A DNA stretch of 34,579 nucleotides from a virus. Lineage: Duplodnaviria; Caudoviricetes. Location of the stretch: IMG/VR virus record IMGVR_UViG_3300032225_000083, positions 1-34,579 of that record. One strand, written 5' to 3'. Positions 8,851 to 17,106 of the stretch are shown here, in pieces; position 1 is the first letter of the stretch, and every line of letters begins with the position of its first letter. Under the pieces are notes generated by a model. It worked only from the letters and a program-made list of their open reading frames with translations. It did no database searches and had not been told where the DNA came from. The position numbers and the translations under genes were made by a program.

Positions 8851-9305
8851 TATTTATTTCCTTCCAGCGTTTTCATTTCGTTGATAATTTGTTTCAAATT
8901 GTTTTTTGAATCAAATAATGCAAGATCATCTGGCTCAATAAGTTCTTTTTCCATTTCATCCAAATCCGTTTTATCGGTTTTGTGAATGGTTATTCCTATA
9001 GAATCTTGCGTTGCTAATGTCACTCTTTTAGTGCCTGGTTTGCATTCAATAACATCGCCAGCCTTTAATGTTTTCATGCCTTGTTCTGTCCACGCAATTA
9101 TCTCCCCTTTTGCACATAAAAAGAAGTGAGGCTGCTTGTGTATCTTGCCAACAATAAGCGTTCCCGCTGACCTATAAACACGCCGACAATACATGCCAGG
9201 TACAAAGTAATGATCTGTTTCTAAATGCGCTTGCGGCATCTTAATCATTTCAGCTTGCAAACGATCAATTTGCTCTTTAGTTATTGGCTTAACAACTTCG
9301 TTCAA
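8850..9305 (-). CDS. Cupin-fold protein
   Basis: HYFVPGMYCR...GKIHKQPH...PGTKR beta-barrel motifs. Confidence 0.7.
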   Translation of the reverse strand: MNEVVKPITKEQIDRLQAEMIKMPQAHLETDHYFVPGMYCRRVYRSAGTLIVGKIHKQPHFFLCAKGEIIAWTEQGMKTLKAGDVIECKPGTKRVTLATQDSIGITIHKTDKTDLDEMEKELIEPDDLALFDSKNNLKQIINEMKTLEGNK

Positions 9306-9547
9306 AACGTACCCCCGCCAATTCCATTTAGTGCCGTTAAATAAGTAAATGTCCCCACGGCTGGGGTAGTCGTTCCTATTGCTGTATTGTCAATAGTGCC
9401 ACCACTAATAACGGAATAACTAACGGTTTGGGTTAAAACTTGTGGATTCATTAGCCACAACATCCATTCCTGCGTTGGTCTGCCTGTTGATGGCTCAACA
9501 AGCTGATTTATCGGAATGCGTATTGTCCCCCCTGGAGTTGTAGCCAT
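9302..9547 (-). CDS. Small virion protein (tail needle/fibre-anchor position)
   Basis: Follows gp10; TGRPTQEW; shares motifs with the 803-aa fibre. Confidence 0.65.
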   Translation of the reverse strand: MATTPGGTIRIPINQLVEPSTGRPTQEWMLWLMNPQVLTQTVSYSVISGGTIDNTAIGTTTPAVGTFTYLTALNGIGGGTF

Positions 9548-11013
9548 TAATTATCCCCAGCCGATGCCTTTAATTCCGCAGATACAACCACCGCCTTAAT
9601 TGGATCACTTACCACAACTTCGAAAATCCTATCACGCGACCAACCCAACCGCCGCCACAACGCTCTATTTATATAATTACCAATCTTCCCAATCCCAACC
9701 CAATGCTCATTTGACCACGTGCTACCGCCATTATTAGACCAGCGCAACATGGCCTGAGGATCATCCCCTTGCCCAGTAACTAAGCCAACGCCAGGTTGAA
9801 ATTGGATTTGAAAGCTTTCAAAATATTGCCGTTGCAAATCATTTGTAATATGCCTAGCTCGACGCAACCTGCGAATAGTATTACCGTCATCGGTATAAAC
9901 TTCATTTTCCAAACTGTAAATTTTGCCGTTTTGATAATCGCCAACTACAAAAACATTATTAAAATAACATCCACAATTTGAACGATGACGAGTGTAATCC
10001 GTACCATTCCAGTATAACCATTTGTGCCAGCTTTCTGTTGCTAAATCATAAACCCAAGTTAAACCATTACCAATACTAGGAAAGGTCACCACATACATTT
10101 CATGACCTTCTATTTGATAAGTGTAAGCAATTGCATCTTTGGTTATTTGATTAAGCAAAGATTGCTCAACAGCGTGAGTGCTTATTCTTTTAAATGCATA
10201 GCCTGTAATCATTTCAATGGTTGCATCGCCTCTTGTATCTTTAGAAACAAAAGCAAATGAATCACCAAAACGAGCAACAGAAAAAGGTGCGCCACAACCT
10301 GATTGCATCATCGTTCCAGGCAAACGCTGGAATGGAAAAGTTGTTAAGCCTGGTATTTGATTGCCAACATCCGTCCAAACTTCTGTAGTTACTTCTTTTA
10401 ATAAATAAACTTGCCGACGATCTACTATTATAGAAACAATATTGTCAGGATAACCATTTGCAGAACCATAATAGGCATTTGTAGATAGCCCCGAATTTAA
10501 ATCAGTACAAGCCCAATTAAACGTTCCAGGCTGGTTGTAAACGTTGTAGCCATCAATTGAATCAGTAACAGAAGCCCCTTGCCACGGGCCATCGGTAGAA
10601 TTTAAAGTTGTAAATACATTAGTTTTAAAATTGTAAGTGTAACGATTAGAACCATCTACTATATAAGCAATTAAACCGCTGCCAGTTTGGTTATCTGAAA
10701 TTGATACAGGGCCAACGTTAGATAATAAAGTGCCTATCTGTGTAGCAGTAAATGATGCGTTTATTTTGTAAACTTTATTGCCAGCCACAGCAACAAAATA
10801 TTCTTCGCCAGGCATCGTAAACATGCCGCGCACAGGCGCATTAGTTAATTGAGCTTTTATTACTAAGCCTGGTGTTGGATATAAAGCAACAATCCCACGT
10901 TCACCCTGACCTTTTGTTGGATCAATTTCAGCATAGAAATTAATGCACTCTTGGTCATTTTGATAAATAGATGGCGAAGTGTACGAAGTGCCAATAAAAC
11001 CGAAATCAGGCAT
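9547..11013 (-). CDS. Tail hub / packaged-DNA stabilization protein (P22 gp10-like)
   Basis: LYPTPGL, ISTHAVE, WVYDLATESWH, WRRLG..RDRIFE motifs. Confidence 0.9.
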   Translation of the reverse strand: MPDFGFIGTSYTSPSIYQNDQECINFYAEIDPTKGQGERGIVALYPTPGLVIKAQLTNAPVRGMFTMPGEEYFVAVAGNKVYKINASFTATQIGTLLSNVGPVSISDNQTGSGLIAYIVDGSNRYTYNFKTNVFTTLNSTDGPWQGASVTDSIDGYNVYNQPGTFNWACTDLNSGLSTNAYYGSANGYPDNIVSIIVDRRQVYLLKEVTTEVWTDVGNQIPGLTTFPFQRLPGTMMQSGCGAPFSVARFGDSFAFVSKDTRGDATIEMITGYAFKRISTHAVEQSLLNQITKDAIAYTYQIEGHEMYVVTFPSIGNGLTWVYDLATESWHKWLYWNGTDYTRHRSNCGCYFNNVFVVGDYQNGKIYSLENEVYTDDGNTIRRLRRARHITNDLQRQYFESFQIQFQPGVGLVTGQGDDPQAMLRWSNNGGSTWSNEHWVGIGKIGNYINRALWRRLGWSRDRIFEVVVSDPIKAVVVSAELKASAGDN

Positions 11014-11981
11014 TATCTAAAACCTCCGTCCATAATAAAGCCAGCGTCTTTAGCTTTGCCCATCATTAAAGCATCAGGATAACGAGCAACCTTCGGCGGC
11101 TGCATATTAATCCGCTTAATCGTTGACTTGGCTTGTGCTGCATAACTTGAAATCATTGAAACTTGCAGCTGATTTGATTTGCCATACATAGGCAGCAATC
11201 TTTCAGCTAAACACCATCTCAAAGCAATGTTATAGCCTTGAGGAAACTGTATTTCATCGTTTAAATTTTGAAAGTTGCGGAAAATTGTTTGTGTAAACAA
11301 ATGCAACTCGCCCTGTGATGGATTTGGATATACATACACAGTACCTAATAGTTCGGATGGTTGATAATAAATAGCTTTAGCCCACGGGCCATTTAGCTGT
11401 TTAATACCAATTCCCTCATACTCCTCTAAACTTAAAACAGCCACAGGGTAATCTAAATAGCCACCAGCAACGTTAGAGCCGCCCTGCATTGTTGCAACGC
11501 GAACAAACGCGCTTTCAATGTTTAATGGGCGTTCGTAATAAGCTGTAATTGTGGTGCTAGAAACCGTTTGATAATTGTTTAATAAATAAGTGCCAGCTTC
11601 ATTTACATTCCCGCCAGCACCAGTTCCGAAAGCAACAATTTTGGTTCCGCTTGCAATGCCAGAACCAGAAATAGTCATGCCTTGAGTAATGGCTCCCGCG
11701 CTAATTGCCGTAACCGTTAAAACATTGTTTGCAATTGATCCTGTAAAACTAGCTCCAACTGAACCATTAGGGCCAAGAGTATATTGAACTGTATTTTGAA
11801 CTGTTTTGAAAACAATCTCAGTTCGATAAAACACCATCATTGACTCATTCGACCATTGATCGAGCATGTCATTTAATAATTCAAGAGCATCTTCAGCTTC
11901 ATCCGCAGTTGGAACCTCACCAGCCGCCAATGCGCCTATGTCCTTCATTGCTCGACTAATGATATTTAAAGCTGTTGCCAT
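11013..11981 (-). CDS. Head-tail adaptor (P22 gp4-like) with inserted beta domain
   Basis: A..II.RA...G...AGE.P..E..DAL..LN.M...W N-terminus; P.GY.AL...LA C-terminus. Confidence 0.8.
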   Translation of the reverse strand: MATALNIISRAMKDIGALAAGEVPTADEAEDALELLNDMLDQWSNESMMVFYRTEIVFKTVQNTVQYTLGPNGSVGASFTGSIANNVLTVTAISAGAITQGMTISGSGIASGTKIVAFGTGAGGNVNEAGTYLLNNYQTVSSTTITAYYERPLNIESAFVRVATMQGGSNVAGGYLDYPVAVLSLEEYEGIGIKQLNGPWAKAIYYQPSELLGTVYVYPNPSQGELHLFTQTIFRNFQNLNDEIQFPQGYNIALRWCLAERLLPMYGKSNQLQVSMISSYAAQAKSTIKRINMQPPKVARYPDALMMGKAKDAGFIMDGGFR

Positions 11982-12017
11982 AACTTTATTACCTTTTAAT
12001 TTAAATAAACATCAAAA

Positions 12018-12518
12018 TTAATAATAAGTAACTTCAATGGTTGATGTGTATGGTGGAGCCGTAGAAAATATTAATGTTGCCGAACTTAGTGAATAGGTAT
12101 TTTTTTGCTGATAAACGCCGTTTATATAAACTTGCGTATTATTTTCATCACTTGGAGCCGCAGTTAAAGTAAATGAAGTAGTTGAACCTGTGCCTGTAAA
12201 ATTATCTAAATACGCAACTCTTGATCCAGAGCCGTAAATATTATCGTAAGTAGCAATAAGAACATCATCAGCAGTTTTTAGTACAAACTTATAGTTTGAA
12301 CCCATTACTAACCAAATTTCACCGCTAGGAACGCGACCAGAAGAATCTAAAACTATCGGATTAGTATGCGCGATAGTTCCAGAATAAGTCGTATAAGTAG
12401 CCGCTGGTGTTGTGGTTCCGGCTGCGTATGTATAAATTTTGCCGCCAGCAAGCGGATTGCCGTTGTTGTCAAAAAATTGCCAACCTACCCCACCAAATGC
12501 CGAAAGATTGACAGCCAT
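12018..12518 (-). CDS. Stand-alone tailspike head-binding/adaptor protein
   Basis: FFDNNGNPLAGGKIYTY, NPIVLDSSGR; C-terminal VYINGVYQ..FSTAPP module. Confidence 0.7.
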   Translation of the reverse strand: MAVNLSAFGGVGWQFFDNNGNPLAGGKIYTYAAGTTTPAATYTTYSGTIAHTNPIVLDSSGRVPSGEIWLVMGSNYKFVLKTADDVLIATYDNIYGSGSRVAYLDNFTGTGSTTSFTLTAAPSDENNTQVYINGVYQQKNTYSLSSATLIFSTAPPYTSTIEVTYY

Positions 12519-12550
12519 GTTTTTTCCTTTTAATCGTAAATGTTTTTAAA

Positions 12551-14104
12551 TTAAATTACGCGCCACTTTGACGAAGTAAAGTCATAAATTAATTGCGCTG
12601 ATTTATCAGCCGCCAACGTTAAATCTGCGCCTGTTCCAGTAATAATTCTGTTTCCAGAAGTTGAGCCCGTATTTTGATTTTGTAAAACAATGTTATTTGA
12701 TCCAACATTAATTATGGTTAAAATTCTGCCAACCATAACGTAATCGTTTTGTAGTCCAGTAATGTTACGAGAGGCATTTGACGATAAACGCCAAGTTGAA
12801 GCGTTGCTAGGAGCATAATCATTAACGTCAGCAGTTAATTGAGCAGGACTAGCAACCACTTGTCCCTGAATATAATTAGTGCCAGTTTCTAAATACTGGG
12901 CTGCTAATGTCTTTGTCGTATCCCAAACATTGTCATTAACAATTACATTATTCCAAGCAGCCGAAGTAATGCCCCTGATGCCAAAAGGTGCAGTTACAGG
13001 GAAAAATGAATTGCCTGTAATTGTTACATCAGTAAATGTGCTTTGGGTTTTAATACAGGCATCGGTTGAAGTGGCATCCGCGCCTATGTTGTAAAAAGTG
13101 TTTCCTATAATTGTAGATTTTGACAATGCATCTTCAAATACAATGCCATGCGTAGCTGTATTTCTAAAAGTATTTCCGTTAATTGTTATGTTATTGCCAC
13201 CATTTCTAAAGCGTATTAAGTATGGTGGATAATTTTGACCGCTTGGGGTATCACCGCCAAAAGTGTTGCCGCTAATAGTAATGCCATAAACTGCACCATA
13301 AAAATCTAATGGAGCGGTTCCTGCTTGGTCAAATACGTTTGCAGCAAATGTGCTGGTATGACAAAACCCTGCAAACAAAGTATCGCCAATATCAATTTGA
13401 TTACCAATAACACTTAGCCCGCGCAAATATTCTTTACCCGTAATACCAGTATTGGTAATAGCTGCGGTATTTGCATGGAAACGATTATTAGTAATTCTAA
13501 TAGCCCTAAAACCTTGATCTGGTAAATCAAACGGATTGGCAGAATCATCAGCCCAGTTTGATGGATCTATGTTTAAACTGACTGATGTTGTAACAAGCGC
13601 AGATACGTTGCTATCAAACCATAAACCACGATTCCAATGCTCAACAGATAAATTCCAGCCGTTAAATGTACAGCCCTCAATCGTGCAATCCATATCTTCA
13701 TATGACAATGCGCCAGGATTGGTTTTTTTATTTTTGATCGCCGTACCTGTTCCTTTGCCTGGGCCTTCGAAATAAATATTGGTAATCCAAGAAGTATCCT
13801 TACACCAAACCATTGGATTAGAGCCAAGATCAGAATGGTATTTGAGCTTTGGCCCTGCAATGCTTAAACCAGGCGTTGCCCCTGCTAAAAAACCACTTTG
13901 ACCAAATAACAAAGCACCGTAAGGAATTGAAATCTGAGTTTTAATAAGATACGTTCCAGAAGGTACAACCACAGCTCCAAAAGTAGCCAATGCAAGATTA
14001 AACGCTGGCCCACTATCAGCTACGCCAGTTGGATCAGCACCATAATCAAGCACATTAAGAGCCGCACCGTTAATCATTGAATAACTTACTTTTGTCAAAG
14101 GCAT
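12551..14104 (-). CDS. Tailspike/receptor-binding protein, right-handed beta-helix
   Basis: NVLDYGADPTGVADS...VPSGTY pectate-lyase-like start; repeated I.GN.F rungs. Confidence 0.85.
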   Translation of the reverse strand: MPLTKVSYSMINGAALNVLDYGADPTGVADSGPAFNLALATFGAVVVPSGTYLIKTQISIPYGALLFGQSGFLAGATPGLSIAGPKLKYHSDLGSNPMVWCKDTSWITNIYFEGPGKGTGTAIKNKKTNPGALSYEDMDCTIEGCTFNGWNLSVEHWNRGLWFDSNVSALVTTSVSLNIDPSNWADDSANPFDLPDQGFRAIRITNNRFHANTAAITNTGITGKEYLRGLSVIGNQIDIGDTLFAGFCHTSTFAANVFDQAGTAPLDFYGAVYGITISGNTFGGDTPSGQNYPPYLIRFRNGGNNITINGNTFRNTATHGIVFEDALSKSTIIGNTFYNIGADATSTDACIKTQSTFTDVTITGNSFFPVTAPFGIRGITSAAWNNVIVNDNVWDTTKTLAAQYLETGTNYIQGQVVASPAQLTADVNDYAPSNASTWRLSSNASRNITGLQNDYVMVGRILTIINVGSNNIVLQNQNTGSTSGNRIITGTGADLTLAADKSAQLIYDFTSSKWRVI

Positions 14105-14121
14105 GATCTATTTCCTTAAAT

Positions 14122-14424
14122 TTATTGCCACGGTAAACCGTTTGTTTTAACTTCATCTTTGCGGATTTTATAAGCCGCAAGTTCACCATCTGCTGATTCT
14201 TCAGATTGAGCCCCAACCAAATCCTTTACCCAAGTAATTACTTGAGATTCCGTTAAATTTTCGTAAGGAATAGGCGTATCTTGTGGAGCAGGTAAGCCAG
14301 TAAAATAATTGTGCGTATAACTATCTGTTTCATCAGAAACAGTAATGCTAAAAACAACAGTTTTAACAATTCCTGAATTATCTCTTTGCATATCAGAAAT
14401 TTTGTATTGGTAAGAATTACTCAT
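14122..14424 (-). CDS. Fibre-associated small protein (DUF7936-like), copy 2
   Basis: IPYENLTESQVITWV and C-terminal GLPW. Confidence 0.7.
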   Translation of the reverse strand: MSNSYQYKISDMQRDNSGIVKTVVFSITVSDETDSYTHNYFTGLPAPQDTPIPYENLTESQVITWVKDLVGAQSEESADGELAAYKIRKDEVKTNGLPWQ

Positions 14425-14436
14425 AAAATTCCTTGA

Positions 14437-16827
14437 TTAAGCAATAGCAATAGTTCTAGCTGTTTCTAATACGTTTGTACCGTCAGAAACAAAACTAATC
14501 ATATAATACCTAGCCGATACAATCCCAGTAACTAATGTTCCGGTCGTTTTAAATCCTGTTCCAAACGTAATTGTGTAAGTAGTAGTTCCGCTTGTTAAAA
14601 TTATTAACGTGAGCTGAGTTCCAGCCGCAGGTACGGTCGTTGTATATGTTGCATTAGCGTTGGGTGTTACTTTAACCACATTGTACGAACCAAACGCCAT
14701 CGCAGTTGCACCAGTTGAAAGCGCACTATATCCACCAGTAATATTGTTAGTTGCTAAAACTGCGCCAGTTACATCAACAGCCACAGTTGGAGCAGTAACT
14801 CCTCCAAATCTACTGTTTCCAGCGTAAGCATTATCAACAGTACCGCTAGAATAAAAACCAAATTTACCACTACCAGAGTTAAAGTTAGTTCTAAATGCGT
14901 AAGTATTTGTTGCTGTTGGTGGAGTAAAAGAACAATCAAAACCAACAAAGTTAGTAATTGTTTGGTTTGCGCCTTTGGTAAAAGAGCCAAAAGAATAACC
15001 AATAACAGAGCCTGTTGTATATGCTGAACCACCATCCGCAGCTGTAGCAACTAAAGAATATCCAAACATTCCAGCCGTTGCATTTGCAGTAAAAGCAGTT
15101 CTGGAAGTAAAACATCTTTGCGTTGTTGACGTATTTGGAAAATTTCCAGTTGTGCTTATTTGGTCATTACCGTTTGGAGCACCGCCAGCACTTACTAATC
15201 CACCAAAAAATGCATTACCAGCTGCTACATATAAAGAATATGCGTTGGTAATTGTTGGGGTGCCACTAGTTGTAGGGGCATCCGCAATATATAAAGTAGC
15301 TGCATTTGTTACGGTTCCACTAGCTGCCGCAAAAGTGGGTTGACCTAAGCTACTTGCTGCAACTGTTCCTGTTAATGCACCAGTTGATGTATAAGTACCT
15401 GCTGCAACACTAATCGCTGGGCCTGTAGTAGTCCATGCAGCTTGAGAAACAGCACCACTTACAACAAGTTTATTTCCTGCGGTATTGGAAAAAGTTCCTA
15501 TTCCAGCCGTATTTGTTGCTTGGAAATTAGAAGTACCAGTAATTACTTTTATTGCAAGTGATGCCGCACTACCAGCAGTTATTCTTAAACCAACATCACC
15601 AGAATTCATGCCTTGTATTACTAAACCGTAGCCAGTATCAGCAAAACCACCTGCGCTAGGAGCACCTTGTACTAAAAGATTTATTCCGTCATTAAATTGC
15701 GTTCCATTAACAGTATTTCCTGTAAATGATTGCCCTGCAAAATAATGCGTTACACAAGTACCAGCAGCATCTGGAGCATTAGGATAGAAAAATGTGCTAT
15801 CACCAGATAAAAGAGCAGCTCCCGAACCATAACTATTAGCATTAATCGTAAATTGATTAGCTGAACCAATTCTTAATAAAACTCCGATGCTATTTGCCAA
15901 TGCTAATGTTGCAGCAGCACGACCTAAATAAATTGAGCTACCAAAATAAGAGCTGCCATTATTTACAAACAAAGACCACGGAGCCGATATTGATGCGCTA
16001 CCACTTTGAGCTGGTGCATTAGCAATATATAAAGATGATGCGTTAGTAAATGTCGTCGCTGAACTTGCTGCTAATGTTGGTTGAGCTATTGCATGAATGG
16101 CTTCGTGAGCAACCGTTCCTGTAGAAGAAGAATCGGTAAATGTTGCAGCATCTATTCGCAATCCAATGCCTGAAGTAGTCCAAGATGCAGCACTTAAAGC
16201 AGTATTACCAATCTGTAATCTAGCCGCAGGAGTAGATTGATTAATCCCCAAACCTGTTGCCGTATAAGACAAAGTTGATCCAGTAGTTAATGCACTTGTA
16301 CTTGTTGCATACACCACGCCGTTAGCTGTGTAAGGAGTTGGAACACCGCCTGAGCTACTAGCCCAAGATAAAGTCCCGCTGCCATTAGTTGAAAGAACTT
16401 GACCAGAAGTGCCATCAGCAGAAGGCAAAATATAAGTAGTAGAGCCAGCCGCCGCAGCCGCCGCTAGTCCAACGTATCCAGACGTAGCACCAGATAAACG
16501 CAGGGTTGTTTTGGCGTTTAATATCGTGCCATCATAAGTAAGAGACGATCCAGTAGTTAATGCGCTTGCGCTTGAGGCATATAGCAAACCGTTAGCTGTA
16601 AATGGTGTAGCACCAGATAATCCAGTACCACCCGCAGAAGTTGGAACAACTTTCCAGCCAATAACCTGCACCACATTTGCATTATCTTTATAGTACAGTT
16701 TCCCATCTGTAATATTTATAGCAAGCTCAGACCCCAATGTGCTATTGGTTAAATTACTAGCCGATGGATTAGTGCTTGTCGTGCTAGTGCTATAAATTAA
16801 AATTGGTGAATAGCCAGTTTGTGCCAT
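14437..16827 (-). CDS. Tail fibre 2
   Basis: ELAINITDGKLYYKD N-terminal domain; LPSADGTSGQVLSTNGSGTLSW; Ser/Thr/Gly/Ala-rich. Confidence 0.8.
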   Translation of the reverse strand: MAQTGYSPILIYSTSTTSTNPSASNLTNSTLGSELAINITDGKLYYKDNANVVQVIGWKVVPTSAGGTGLSGATPFTANGLLYASSASALTTGSSLTYDGTILNAKTTLRLSGATSGYVGLAAAAAAGSTTYILPSADGTSGQVLSTNGSGTLSWASSSGGVPTPYTANGVVYATSTSALTTGSTLSYTATGLGINQSTPAARLQIGNTALSAASWTTSGIGLRIDAATFTDSSSTGTVAHEAIHAIAQPTLAASSATTFTNASSLYIANAPAQSGSASISAPWSLFVNNGSSYFGSSIYLGRAAATLALANSIGVLLRIGSANQFTINANSYGSGAALLSGDSTFFYPNAPDAAGTCVTHYFAGQSFTGNTVNGTQFNDGINLLVQGAPSAGGFADTGYGLVIQGMNSGDVGLRITAGSAASLAIKVITGTSNFQATNTAGIGTFSNTAGNKLVVSGAVSQAAWTTTGPAISVAAGTYTSTGALTGTVAASSLGQPTFAAASGTVTNAATLYIADAPTTSGTPTITNAYSLYVAAGNAFFGGLVSAGGAPNGNDQISTTGNFPNTSTTQRCFTSRTAFTANATAGMFGYSLVATAADGGSAYTTGSVIGYSFGSFTKGANQTITNFVGFDCSFTPPTATNTYAFRTNFNSGSGKFGFYSSGTVDNAYAGNSRFGGVTAPTVAVDVTGAVLATNNITGGYSALSTGATAMAFGSYNVVKVTPNANATYTTTVPAAGTQLTLIILTSGTTTYTITFGTGFKTTGTLVTGIVSARYYMISFVSDGTNVLETARTIAIA

Positions 16828-17106
16828 TTATACACTCGGCGTAAAAGTTTGTGGAAGCCACGGAGCAACTGCTTTAGGCTTATTTAAAATAGACAATTGC
16901 TGTGTAAGATTAGCCTCAATCAAGTTACCAGCTTCGCCTATTATCCATTTAATCACATCTTCTTCTTGCACTTCAGAAAATGGTTTATTACCTGGCTCTT
17001 GAAAATACCACCAGCCCTCACTTGCCACATCGCCAATTGAGCAAACATATTTAGCGGCAGTAATAATGTCGTTTTTAGCTTCAATATCTAAAATTTTGCA
17101 ATCCAT
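16828..17106 (-). CDS. Fibre-associated small protein (DUF7936-like), copy 1
   Basis: PFSEVQEEDVIKWI and C-terminal APW. Confidence 0.65.
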   Translation of the reverse strand: MDCKILDIEAKNDIITAAKYVCSIGDVASEGWWYFQEPGNKPFSEVQEEDVIKWIIGEAGNLIEANLTQQLSILNKPKAVAPWLPQTFTPSV

